Assembly (NCBI GenBank): GCA_017686895.1
Contig: GCA_017686895.1_4521.1
Reading direction: 5' to 3' (one strand)
Source of the DNA: a phage
DNA: 64,000 nt
Numbering within the stretch: the stretch's first letter is position 1; the number at the start of each line of letters is the position of its first letter. The notes under the pieces are model-generated. The model saw nothing but the letters and a program-made list of their open reading frames with translations, ran no database searches and had not been told where the DNA came from. Of this stretch, positions 37,658-47,217 are shown in pieces. Both the position numbers and the translations under genes were made by a program.

Positions 37658-39342
37658 AATCATTTAAATTAAATCGTGTTCGTTATCAAAACATCATGTC
37701 GGTAGGTGGGAATCCTATTGATATCCAATTAGATAAAGTCCAAAAGACATTAATCACTGGTAAAAATGGTGGTGGTAAATCTACGATGTTAGAAGCCATT
37801 ACTTTCGGACTTTTCGGTAAACCATTTCGTGATGTTAAGAAAGGACAAATCATTAATAGCACGAACAAGAAAGAGCTCTTAGTTGAGCTTTGGATGGAAT
37901 TCGATGATAAAAAATACTTCATTAAACGAGGCCAAAAGCCCAATATTTTCGAAATCTCCGTTGACGGTGTTCGTCTTGATGAATCTGCCAGCAGTCGTGA
38001 CTTCCAAGAAGAATTTGAACGTAGCATCGGAATGTCATACGCGTCTTTTAAACAGATCGTTGTGCTTGGGACGGCAGGGTATACCCCTTTCATGGCTCTT
38101 AGCACCCCTGCTCGCAGAAAGCTTGTTGAAGACTTATTAGAAGTTGGAACACTAGCTGAAATGGATAAAATCAATAAGTCTCAAGTTCGAGAACTTAATT
38201 CCCAGGGACAAGTTCTCGATGCCAAGAAAGATGGTATTATCCAACAAATTAAGATTTATAACGAGAATATCGAGCGTCAAAAGAAATTATCTGGCGATAA
38301 TGTAGCGCGTCTACAGAATATGTATGACGACCTAGCCAAAGAAGCTCGTTCATTAAAGGCTGAAATCGAAGAAGCTAATGAGCGTCTACTTAATATCGTT
38401 CTTGACGAAGACCCTACTGAGGCATTCAACAAGATCGGACAAGAAGCATTCTTGATTAAATCTAAAATTGACTCATATAACAAAGTTATTAAGATGTATC
38501 ATGATGGCGGTACATGTCCTACTTGTGCATCACAGTTGCACCAGGGTGATCCTATTGTCTCTAAGATTACCGATAAGCTTCATGAATGTAATCACTCATT
38601 CGAGCAACTTACCTGCCACAGAGATAATCTGAGTGTCCTAGTGGACGAATATAGAGCTAATGTTAAGACTAAGCAGGACCTTGCATCTGATATTCGTACC
38701 AAGAAACAAGCAATGATTGCCACTATTGATAAAGCTAAGAAAGTTAAAGCTGCAATAGAACAAGCCTCGGCGGAATTTATCGACCATGCCGATGAGATAG
38801 CTTTGCTTCAAAAAGAACTTGATAAAATCATTAAAACAAAATCGGATATCGTTCTTGAAAAATACCATCGTGGTATTATCACAGATATGTTAAAAGATTC
38901 TGGTATTAAAGGTGCTATCATTAAAAAATATGTGCCTCTGTTCAACAAGCAGATTAACCATTACCTTAAAATCATGGAAGCTGATTACGTGTTTTCTATT
39001 GACGAAGAATTCAATGAATCTATAAAATCACGTGGCCGTGAAGAGTTCAGTTATGCTTCATTTAGTCAAGGCGAAAAAGCGCGTATCGATATCGCATTGT
39101 TGTTTACATGGCGAGATATTGCTGAAAAGGTCTCTGGTGTTAGAATCAATACATTAATTATGGACGAAGTCATGGATTCCGCGACTGATTCTGAAGGTAT
39201 TAAAGCTATTTCAACAATTCTTAACTCTCTAACCGATGCAAACGTGTTTATAATTAGTCACAGAGACCATGACCCACAAGCTTATGGACAACATCTTCAA
39301 ATGAGCAAAGTTGGACGATTTACTGTAATGACTGTTTCATAA
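37654..39342 (+). CDS. 46: recombination nuclease subunit gp46 (Rad50/SbcC-like ATPase)
   Basis: Walker A GKNGGGKST, zinc hook CPTCAS, C-terminal signature and D-loop region; 562 aa. Confidence 0.95.
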   Translation: MKSFKLNRVRYQNIMSVGGNPIDIQLDKVQKTLITGKNGGGKSTMLEAITFGLFGKPFRDVKKGQIINSTNKKELLVELWMEFDDKKYFIKRGQKPNIFEISVDGVRLDESASSRDFQEEFERSIGMSYASFKQIVVLGTAGYTPFMALSTPARRKLVEDLLEVGTLAEMDKINKSQVRELNSQGQVLDAKKDGIIQQIKIYNENIERQKKLSGDNVARLQNMYDDLAKEARSLKAEIEEANERLLNIVLDEDPTEAFNKIGQEAFLIKSKIDSYNKVIKMYHDGGTCPTCASQLHQGDPIVSKITDKLHECNHSFEQLTCHRDNLSVLVDEYRANVKTKQDLASDIRTKKQAMIATIDKAKKVKAAIEQASAEFIDHADEIALLQKELDKIIKTKSDIVLEKYHRGIITDMLKDSGIKGAIIKKYVPLFNKQINHYLKIMEADYVFSIDEEFNESIKSRGREEFSYASFSQGEKARIDIALLFTWRDIAEKVSGVRINTLIMDEVMDSATDSEGIKAISTILNSLTDANVFIISHRDHDPQAYGQHLQMSKVGRFTVMTVS

Positions 39343-39344
39343 AC

Positions 39345-39368
39345 GCTTTAACATGATGTGGTTATAAT
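39345..39368 (+). promoter_or_regulatory. promoter with GCTTTA box and TATAAT inside a palindrome (approximate coordinates)
   Basis: GCTTTA, 12 bp, TATAAT flanked by GATGTGGT / ACCACATC. Confidence 0.4.
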
Positions 39369-39396
39369 GACCACATCAAATTAAATGGAGAACAAC

Positions 39397-39585
39397 ATGG
39401 AGTATTCAACCGGACAACATCTTCTTGTTGTCCCTGAAATTAAAAAATATGTTTTGACCAATATGTTTTCAGGTGAAGAACATATTGTTACTGAACAAAT
39501 GCTCAAATCTGCTTTTAAAGATGAGTATAATAAAATAATGTCTAATCGCAATTCCGCATGGACAGTTACCGACTTCTACGAATAA
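39397..39585 (+). CDS. hypothetical small protein
   Basis: ATG 39397 after ATGGAGAA RBS. Confidence 0.45.
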   Translation: MEYSTGQHLLVVPEIKKYVLTNMFSGEEHIVTEQMLKSAFKDEYNKIMSNRNSAWTVTDFYE

Positions 39586-39597
39586 GAGAGAAATAAT

Positions 39598-40014
39598 ATG
39601 TTTACTACTGCTAAAGGTTTTACCGCTGCTGATCTGAAAGTTACTTCTATCCGTACTGACGCTAACCCGCATAACCATAATCGTGTTCGTAAAGCATGGG
39701 TCCTGCATTGTGATGACGCAAGTGCTAAAAAGCTTCAATCTTTGCCACAAGAAACTCGTTTTATGATTTATGGTTTTATTGATAACGATGTATCTGATAT
39801 GTGGATTCATCTGATGCGTAAGCACTATAAAGATTCTATTGAAGCAGGTGGAAAAATCGTTCTTGATAAAGATGGTTCTGAGCGCCTGGAAGATTTCTAC
39901 TGTGTTGATGCCGACGAACAATTAATTGCAGCTGGCGAAATTGTTGCTTCTAAAATTCCAGAATATATTGAATCACTGCCTGAAGCTATTAAAAAGCAGA
40001 TGGTCGCTGCTTGA
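39598..40014 (+). CDS. rpbA: RNA polymerase-binding protein (assigned by position)
   Basis: 138-aa ORF between 46 and 45, where T4 has rpbA; sequence identity not verified. Confidence 0.5.
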   Translation: MFTTAKGFTAADLKVTSIRTDANPHNHNRVRKAWVLHCDDASAKKLQSLPQETRFMIYGFIDNDVSDMWIHLMRKHYKDSIEAGGKIVLDKDGSERLEDFYCVDADEQLIAAGEIVASKIPEYIESLPEAIKKQMVAA

Positions 40015-40019
40015 TAATT

Positions 40020-40910
40020 ATGAATTTAATATATCTTATAACCTTTTATAATCGTGAGATTAAAAATGAATACCCGTGTTATTATATAGGTTCTAAAGTT
40101 TCGTGTCATTTTAATGGAAAGGATATTATTGAAGATTCTACCGGTAAAATATATACCGGTAGTGTTAATTCCTCGTATTCTCCTTTATATAACAGATTAA
40201 TAGACCAAGGCGAATATTCTGTAAAAATTTTAGGCGAAACCACATTAGACCCTAGAAGAATAGAAAGACTATTCCAACTCAATGTTAAAGCCGTTTCAAA
40301 TGAAAAATATTTTAATAAGGCTTATGCTAACGAGAAGTCTAGAATATCAGCTAAAGGATATGCACCGTATAAAAATTTAAAAACAGGCAAAATAGTAAAA
40401 CTTTCTAAAAACGAAATAAACGAAGATTACGTCGGTGTTAGAAAAAATTGCAAATTGTCGGAGAATCATTTAAACGCAATTAGAGAATTTCAAAAAACAT
40501 ATTGGACCAAAGAACGAAGAGAGAAAGTTTCTATTCGTTCTAAAAAAATGTTTAACGATAGAGATTTTGCTTTAAAATTTAAAGATATAATGAATTCTCC
40601 TAATGTTAAAGATAAAATAAAAATATCTAAAACATTGTATTGGTCTAAACCTGAAAATAGAGCAAAGGCCTCTATCGCAGCTTCGAAAAGAAATGCAACC
40701 AAAGAATTTAAGGATAAATTCAGAAAATCTAAAGCTAGAGGTACATGGATATTTCATGAACAAAAATTAAAGGAATTGTGGATTGCTTTAGGAAAACCAA
40801 GTTATATTACATTTAGAAAACATGCAATTCAGCATGGTTTTAATGATGAATCATACCAAGGTGCTATCCGGTCTTGGACAAATTATTATGCTAATAGGAA
40901 ACCTAAATGA
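40020..40910 (+). mobile_element. free-standing GIY-YIG homing endonuclease gene (seg-like)
   Basis: N-terminus MNLIYLITFYNREIKNEYPCYYIGS gives the GIY-(10 aa)-YIG spacing; Lys-rich C-terminal DNA-binding region; markedly AT-rich; inserted between rpbA and 45. Confidence 0.6.
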
Positions 40911-41593
40911 AACTTAGCCGTGAAACCGTAAATATTCTGAAAAACTTCGCTTCTATTAACTCTGGCATTCTGCTGAGTCAAGGTAAATTTATTATGACTC
41001 GTGCAGTTAATGGCACCACTTATGCGGAAGCAAATATCTCTGATGAAATTGATTTTGACGTAGCACTTTATGATTTGAATAGCTTCTTAAGCATTTTGAG
41101 TCTAGTGTCTGACGATGCTGAAATTTCAATGCACACTGATGGTAATATTAAAATTGCAGACACACGTTCCACAGTTTATTGGCCTGCCGCTGACAAGAGC
41201 ACCATTGTTTTTCCTAATAAGCCAATTCAATTCCCAGTGGCTTCTGTGATTACTGAAATTAAAGCCGAAGACCTTCAACAATTGCTTCGAGTTTCACGTG
41301 GTCTTCAAATTGATACAATTGCTATTACAAATAAAGATGGTAAAATTGTTATCAATGGCTATAATAAAGTTGAAGATTCTGGACTAACTCGTCCTAAGTA
41401 TTCTTTGACTCTTACCGATTATGATGGTTCTAACAACTTTAACTTCGTAATCAATATGGCTAATATGAAAATCCAGCCAGGTAACTATAAAGTAATGTTG
41501 TGGGGAGCTGGTGATAAAGTTGCAGCCAAGTTTGAAAGCTCTCAAGTAAGTTATGTTATTGCAATGGAAGCCGATTCTACTCACGACTTCTAA
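40907..41593 (+). CDS. 45: sliding clamp gp45
   Basis: 228 aa; MKLSRETVNILKNFASINSGILL ... matches T4 gp45. Confidence 0.95.
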   Translation: MKLSRETVNILKNFASINSGILLSQGKFIMTRAVNGTTYAEANISDEIDFDVALYDLNSFLSILSLVSDDAEISMHTDGNIKIADTRSTVYWPAADKSTIVFPNKPIQFPVASVITEIKAEDLQQLLRVSRGLQIDTIAITNKDGKIVINGYNKVEDSGLTRPKYSLTLTDYDGSNNFNFVINMANMKIQPGNYKVMLWGAGDKVAAKFESSQVSYVIAMEADSTHDF

Positions 41594-41668
41594 GTCAAAG
41601 CTTTACGTTTAATGTAGTACGATTATGGAGGAGAAATCCTCCAGATTAATGATAATGAGGAAAATTAC

Positions 41669-42631
41669 ATGATTACTATCAATTCCAAAGAACACATTCT
41701 AGAACAGAAATATCGTCCTTCTTCCATTGACGAATGTATTCTGCCTGCGTATGACCATGAAACATTCAAGTCTTTAGTATCTAAAGGAAAACTTCCTCAT
41801 ATTATTTTGCACTCTCCTTCTCCTGGTACCGGTAAAACAACCGTAGCAAAAGCATTATGTAATGATATCAATGCCGAAATGATGTTCGTCAACGGCTCTG
41901 ATTGTAAGATTGATTTTGTGCGTGGTCCGTTAACTGCATTCGCTCGTTCAGTCTCAATGGAAGGCAAGCCTAAAGTTATTGTTATTGATGAATTCGACCG
42001 TAGTGGTCTCGCCGAATCACAACGTCACCTTCGTACGTTTATGGAAGAATTCTCTAGTAACTGCTCTATTGTTATTACTGCTAACAACATCGATGGAATT
42101 ATTGAACCATTACGTAGTCGTTGTCGAGTTATCGAATTCGGACGTCCAACCGAAGAAGATAAAATCTCGATGATGAAGAAAATGATTCATCGTATGGTTG
42201 AAATCTGTAAGAACGAAAATATCGAAATCGCTGATATGAAAGTTGTTGCAGCTCTGGTTAAAAAGAACTTCCCGGACTTTCGTCGCACAATCGGCCAATT
42301 AGACCAGTACTCGTCTAAAGGTGTTCTTGATGCAGGTATTCTGTCTATCGTAACTAATGATCGTGGCACAGTCTCTGATGTTATTGAAGCAATGAAGAAC
42401 AAAGATATCAAACAACTTCGTGCATTAGCTCCAAAATATGCTGCAGATTATTCATGGTTCATCGATAAATTAGTTTCAGAATGTTACGACCAAGTTGCAC
42501 CTGGTAAAAGTATTATTTCGCTTTACGAAATTGCAGGCGAAAATAATAAGTTTCATGGACTAGCAAGTAATATTGAATTACATGTTATGTATATGCTTCT
42601 TCAACTGACCTGTGAACTGACTTGGAAATAA
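41669..42631 (+). CDS. 44: clamp loader large subunit gp44
   Basis: Walker [11 protein letters not shown], Walker [12 protein letters not shown] motif LRSRC. Confidence 0.95.
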   Translation: MITINSKEHILEQKYRPSSIDECILPAYDHETFKSLVSKGKLPHIILHSPSPGTGKTTVAKALCNDINAEMMFVNGSDCKIDFVRGPLTAFARSVSMEGKPKVIVIDEFDRSGLAESQRHLRTFMEEFSSNCSIVITANNIDGIIEPLRSRCRVIEFGRPTEEDKISMMKKMIHRMVEICKNENIEIADMKVVAALVKKNFPDFRRTIGQLDQYSSKGVLDAGILSIVTNDRGTVSDVIEAMKNKDIKQLRALAPKYAADYSWFIDKLVSECYDQVAPGKSIISLYEIAGENNKFHGLASNIELHVMYMLLQLTCELTWK

Positions 42632-42632
42632 T

Positions 42633-43196
42633 ATGAACTTATTCGATGATGACGTCCAGCTTAACGAGCACCAAATTGCATGGAAGTCTAATGACGCTGA
42701 TGCGATTCAAAAATGTGCTGATATGTTTAAAGAAAAACCTGAGAATGAATTCTTTAAAATCATTAATGCTATTAATGAAAAGAAATCTATGTCAATTGCT
42801 CAGGTCGACTACTCAAAATTTATGGTTGAGAACTCATTATCCCAGTTTCCAGAATGTATGCCAGCTGTTTACATGATGAACTTAGTCGGTTCTGAATTAA
42901 GCGATGAAGCGCACTTCAACTATATGATGGCGGCAATTCCGCGTGGTCGTCGATTCTCTAAATGGGCTAAACTAGTCGAAGACACTTCAGAGTTACTAGT
43001 TATCAAACTGTTGATGAAACATTACACAATCAACATGAATGACGCCACTGAGTATAAGCGGCTCCTTGAAAAAAATAACAAGTTGCCAATAGTCCTTAAA
43101 GAACTGAAGGCCATGGTCACTGATGAATTTCTCAAAGAAGTTACCAAAAACGTGAAAGAACAAAAACAATTTAAAAAATTAGCATTGGAATGGTAA
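42633..43196 (+). CDS. 62: clamp loader small subunit gp62
   Basis: 187 aa; [19 protein letters not shown]... resembles T4 gp62. Confidence 0.9.
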   Translation: MNLFDDDVQLNEHQIAWKSNDADAIQKCADMFKEKPENEFFKIINAINEKKSMSIAQVDYSKFMVENSLSQFPECMPAVYMMNLVGSELSDEAHFNYMMAAIPRGRRFSKWAKLVEDTSELLVIKLLMKHYTINMNDATEYKRLLEKNNKLPIVLKELKAMVTDEFLKEVTKNVKEQKQFKKLALEW

Positions 43197-43198
43197 AA

Positions 43199-43567
43199 AT
43201 GATTGAAATTAAATTGAAGAACCCCGAAGATTTTCTGAAAGTCAAAGAGACTTTGACCCGTATGGGCATCGCTAATAACAAGGATAAAGTCCTTTACCAG
43301 TCTTGTCATATCCTCCAAAAGCAAGGTAAATATTACATCGTCCACTTTAAAGAAATGCTGCGTATGGACGGACGTCAGGTTGATATTGATGGTGAAGACT
43401 ATCAGCGACGTGATTCGATTGCTCAGTTGCTTGAAGACTGGGGCTTGATTGTTATTGAAGACTCTGCTCGTGAAGATCTATTTAGCCTGACTAATAACTT
43501 CCGAGTTATCTCTTTTAAACAGAAAGATGACTGGACTTTGAAAGCAAAATATACAATTGGTAATTAA
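43199..43567 (+). CDS. regA: translational repressor RegA
   Basis: MIEIKLKNPEDFLKVKETLTRMGIANNKDKVLYQSCHILQK...; 122 aa; start at ATG 43199 (track start 43190 is GTG). Confidence 0.9.
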   Translation: MIEIKLKNPEDFLKVKETLTRMGIANNKDKVLYQSCHILQKQGKYYIVHFKEMLRMDGRQVDIDGEDYQRRDSIAQLLEDWGLIVIEDSAREDLFSLTNNFRVISFKQKDDWTLKAKYTIGN

Positions 43568-43572
43568 AGCAA

Positions 43573-43591
43573 TGGGACTTCGGTCCCATTT
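43573..43591 (+). terminator. intrinsic terminator
   Basis: TGGGAC-TTCG-GTCCCA then TTT; a TATAAT follows at about 43596. Confidence 0.65.
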
Positions 43592-43648
43592 GGAGTATAA
43601 TGAGTTCATCAACAAACAAAAGACAATAACTCGTCTAAAGGAAATTAA

Positions 43649-46360
43649 ATGAAAGAATTTTACTTAACGGTTGAACAGATTGGTGATTCAATTTTTGAAC
43701 GTTACATCGATTCTAATGGCCGTGAACGTACTCGTGAAGTAGAATATAAACCATCACTGTTTGCTCATTGTCCAGAAAGTCAGGCTACGAAATATTTCGA
43801 TATCTACGGTAAGCCGTGTACTCGTAAGTTGTTCGCTAATATGCGTGATGCCTCCCAATGGATTAAACGCATGGAAGATATCGGACTTGAAGCACTTGGC
43901 ATGGACGATTTCAAATTGGCGTATTTGTCTGACACTTATAACTATGAAATCAAATACGACCATACAAAAATTCGTGTGGCTAACTTCGACATCGAAGTAA
44001 CATCTCCGGATGGGTTCCCTGAGCCGTCACAAGCAAAACATCCAATTGATGCTATCACCCATTATGACTCAATTGATGACAGGTTCTACGTATTTGATCT
44101 ATTGAATTCTCCATATGGTAATGTAGAAGAATGGTCTATTGAAATCGCTGCTAAGCTTCAAGAACAAGGTGGTGATGAAGTTCCATCTGAAATTATCGAT
44201 AAAATCATTTATATGCCATTCGATAATGAAAAAGAATTGTTGATGGAATATCTCAACTTCTGGCAACAGAAAACTCCTGTCATTTTGACTGGATGGAACG
44301 TTGAGTCATTTGATATTCCATATGTGTATAACCGAATCAAGAATATTTTTGGCGAATCTACTGCGAAACGTTTATCACCACATCGTAAAACTCGTGTTAA
44401 AGTTATCGAAAACATGTATGGTTCTCGTGAAATCATTACATTGTTCGGTATCTCTGTTCTTGATTATATCGACCTTTACAAAAAATTCTCTTTCACAAAC
44501 CAACCGTCGTATTCTCTGGATTACATTTCAGAATTTGAATTGAATGTCGGTAAACTGAAATATGACGGTCCTATTTCTAAACTTCGTGAAAGTAATCACC
44601 AACGATATATTTCTTATAACATTATCGACGTGTATCGTGTATTGCAAATTGATGCTAAACGCCAGTTCATCAACTTGAGTTTGGACATGGGTTATTATGC
44701 TAAGATACAGATTCAATCTGTGTTTAGCCCAATTAAAACATGGGATGCTATTATTTTTAATAGCCTTAAAGAGCAGAACAAGGTGATTCCACAAGGTCGT
44801 TCTCACCCGGTTCAACCTTATCCTGGCGCTTTTGTTAAGGAACCTATTCCAAATCGATACAAATATGTAATGAGTTTCGACCTTACATCTCTGTATCCAA
44901 GTATTATTCGCCAAGTGAATATTAGCCCAGAAACAATAGCAGGAACGTTTAAAGTAGCTCCATTGCATGATTATATTAACGCAATCGCTGAACGTCCTTC
45001 AGATGTGTACAGTTGCTCTCCTAACGGCATGATGTATTATAAAGACCGTGACGGTGTAGTTCCAACCGAAATCACCAAGGTCTTTAATCAACGTAAAGAA
45101 CATAAAGGTTATATGCTTGCTGCTCAACGTAACGGTGAAATAATTAAAGAGGCATTGCATAATCCTAATCTTTCTGTTGATGAACCATTAGATGTTGATT
45201 ATCGTTTCGACTTCACTGACGAGATTAAAGAAAAGATTAAAAAGTTGTCTGCTAAATCTCTTAATGAAATGTTGTTTAGAGCTCAACGTACTGAAGTTGC
45301 AGGTATGACTGCCCAAATTAACCGTAAATTGCTCATCAACTCGCTTTATGGTGCACTTGGCAACGTTTGGTTCCGTTATTACGATTTGCGTAATGCTACT
45401 GCAATCACAACATTTGGTCAAATGGCTTTACAATGGATTGAACGTAAAGTTAATGAATATCTGAATGAAGTTTGTGGTACAGAAGGTGAAGCTTTCGTTC
45501 TTTATGGTGATACAGACTCTATTTACGTATCTGCTGATAAAATTATCGATAAGGTTGGTGAATCTAAATTCCGTGATACCAACCATTGGGTAGACTTCTT
45601 AGATAAGTTCGCACGTGAACGTATGGAACCAGCTATTGATAAAGGTTTCCGTGAAATGTGTGAATACATGAACAATAAACAACACTTAATGTTCATGGAC
45701 CGAGAAGCTATCGCTGGTCCTCCGCTTGGTTCTAAAGGTATTGGTGGATTCTGGACTGGTAAGAAACGTTATGCATTAAACGTGTGGGATATGGAAGGAA
45801 CTAGATACGCTGAGCCTAAACTCAAAATCATGGGTCTAGAGACTCAGAAATCTTCGACCCCTAAAGCAGTACAGAAAGCTCTTAAAGAATGTATTCGTCG
45901 TATGCTTCAAGAAGGTGAAGAATCATTACAAGAATATTTTAAAGAGTTTGAAAAAGAATTCCGTCAATTGAATTATATTAGCATCGCGTCGGTATCTTCT
46001 GCGAATAACATTGCTAAATATGATGTAGGTGGATTCCCTGGTCCTAAATGTCCGTTCCATATTCGTGGAATTCTGACATATAACCGAGCTATCAAAGGTA
46101 ATATTGATGCTCCACAAGTTGTAGAAGGTGAAAAAGTATATGTTCTGCCTTTACGTGAAGGAAACCCATTCGGTGATAAATGTATCGCATGGCCTTCTGG
46201 TACTGAAATCACAGATTTAATTAAAGACGACGTACTTCATTGGATGGACTACACTGTTCTCCTTGAGAAGACATTTATTAAACCACTTGAAGGATTCACA
46301 TCAGCAGCGAAACTCGATTACGAGAAGAAAGCATCTCTGTTCGATATGTTCGATTTTTGA
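43649..46360 (+). CDS. 43: DNA polymerase gp43 (family B, 3'-5' exonuclease)
   Basis: 903 aa; exo motifs FDIE and YNIIDV, polymerase motifs DxxSLYPS, KILINSLYG, YGDTDS. Confidence 0.97.
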   Translation: MKEFYLTVEQIGDSIFERYIDSNGRERTREVEYKPSLFAHCPESQATKYFDIYGKPCTRKLFANMRDASQWIKRMEDIGLEALGMDDFKLAYLSDTYNYEIKYDHTKIRVANFDIEVTSPDGFPEPSQAKHPIDAITHYDSIDDRFYVFDLLNSPYGNVEEWSIEIAAKLQEQGGDEVPSEIIDKIIYMPFDNEKELLMEYLNFWQQKTPVILTGWNVESFDIPYVYNRIKNIFGESTAKRLSPHRKTRVKVIENMYGSREIITLFGISVLDYIDLYKKFSFTNQPSYSLDYISEFELNVGKLKYDGPISKLRESNHQRYISYNIIDVYRVLQIDAKRQFINLSLDMGYYAKIQIQSVFSPIKTWDAIIFNSLKEQNKVIPQGRSHPVQPYPGAFVKEPIPNRYKYVMSFDLTSLYPSIIRQVNISPETIAGTFKVAPLHDYINAIAERPSDVYSCSPNGMMYYKDRDGVVPTEITKVFNQRKEHKGYMLAAQRNGEIIKEALHNPNLSVDEPLDVDYRFDFTDEIKEKIKKLSAKSLNEMLFRAQRTEVAGMTAQINRKLLINSLYGALGNVWFRYYDLRNATAITTFGQMALQWIERKVNEYLNEVCGTEGEAFVLYGDTDSIYVSADKIIDKVGESKFRDTNHWVDFLDKFARERMEPAIDKGFREMCEYMNNKQHLMFMDREAIAGPPLGSKGIGGFWTGKKRYALNVWDMEGTRYAEPKLKIMGLETQKSSTPKAVQKALKECIRRMLQEGEESLQEYFKEFEKEFRQLNYISIASVSSANNIAKYDVGGFPGPKCPFHIRGILTYNRAIKGNIDAPQVVEGEKVYVLPLREGNPFGDKCIAWPSGTEITDLIKDDVLHWMDYTVLLEKTFIKPLEGFTSAAKLDYEKKASLFDMFDF

Positions 46361-46400
46361 TATAATACCATGGACGGTAAACTAATTAAATGAGAGAAAT

Positions 46401-47036
46401 ATGAAAACTACACCAATCACTATCGCTATTGACGCAATCGTAAAACAAGCTTCTTCTTTGGCTACTATGGCCAAAGTAATTAGTCAAAACCCTGCTCGTT
46501 ATAATGCTATTCTAGAAACTCTTCGACGCCCTGGACTGAGTAATTATGAAAGCCGAGTAATTATTACAGGTGTTGGTAAGAACGCTAATATCGCAACTAA
46601 AGCTTCCGAGACTTTTGCTTCACTAGGTATTCCTAGCATGTATTTGAACACCGGGCATTATTCTCATGGCGACGCAGGGTTTATTGCACCTAATGATGTA
46701 TTAGTTCACATCAGTCGTTCTGGTAAGACTGAAGAAATGATAGGTGTTGCTAAACATCTTCGTATGATTCGTCCTCAGGTTAAACAGATTCTGTTACATT
46801 GTAACCCTGACATTCCGCAAGAATACGAAGCTCTTTTTGATTATACGTTCTGTACAGGCATCGCGGTAGAGGTTGATGAGAATTCTCTGGCTCCGACCAT
46901 GTCCACTACATTGTTGTTAGCGCTTATCGATACGTTTGCTATCAACCTTTCGTCTGAACGTGGATTTACCTCTAATGACTTCCTTAAGTTCCACCCTGGT
47001 GGTGCACTAGGTGCCATGTTACGAGGCGAACAATGA
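46401..47036 (+). CDS. SIS-domain phosphosugar isomerase (KdsD/GutQ-like arabinose-5-phosphate isomerase without CBS domains)
   Basis: RVIITGVGKNANIATK, HISRSGKTEE and C-terminal FLKFHPGGALGAMLRG match the KdsD-type SIS domain as I recall it; 211 aa. Confidence 0.8.
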   Translation: MKTTPITIAIDAIVKQASSLATMAKVISQNPARYNAILETLRRPGLSNYESRVIITGVGKNANIATKASETFASLGIPSMYLNTGHYSHGDAGFIAPNDVLVHISRSGKTEEMIGVAKHLRMIRPQVKQILLHCNPDIPQEYEALFDYTFCTGIAVEVDENSLAPTMSTTLLLALIDTFAINLSSERGFTSNDFLKFHPGGALGAMLRGEQ

Positions 47037-47176
47037 AAGCAATAACAATAGGACTTTTACTATTGATGCTTGTCATGACTATCTACTGGAGCTTAACGGC
47101 TCCAGTAATGATTCCGACTCTTATAATCGGATGGATTATGATTGGACTACAAACAAAGTATGAATGCTTTAACTAG
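47033..47176 (+). CDS. small two-helix membrane protein (47 aa)
   Basis: MKAITIGLLLLMLVMTIYWSLTAPVMIPTLIIGWIMIGLQTKYECFN; ATGA overlap with SIS gene; hand-identified. Confidence 0.35.
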   Translation: MKAITIGLLLLMLVMTIYWSLTAPVMIPTLIIGWIMIGLQTKYECFN

Positions 47177-47189
47177 AATAGTGTACAAT
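47165..47189 (+). promoter_or_regulatory. candidate MotA-type middle promoter
   Basis: TGCTTTA box, 12 bp, TACAAT, about 28 bp upstream of ATG 47218. Confidence 0.45.
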
Positions 47190-47217
47190 ACACCTACTTA
47201 CCAATGAGGACCACAAC

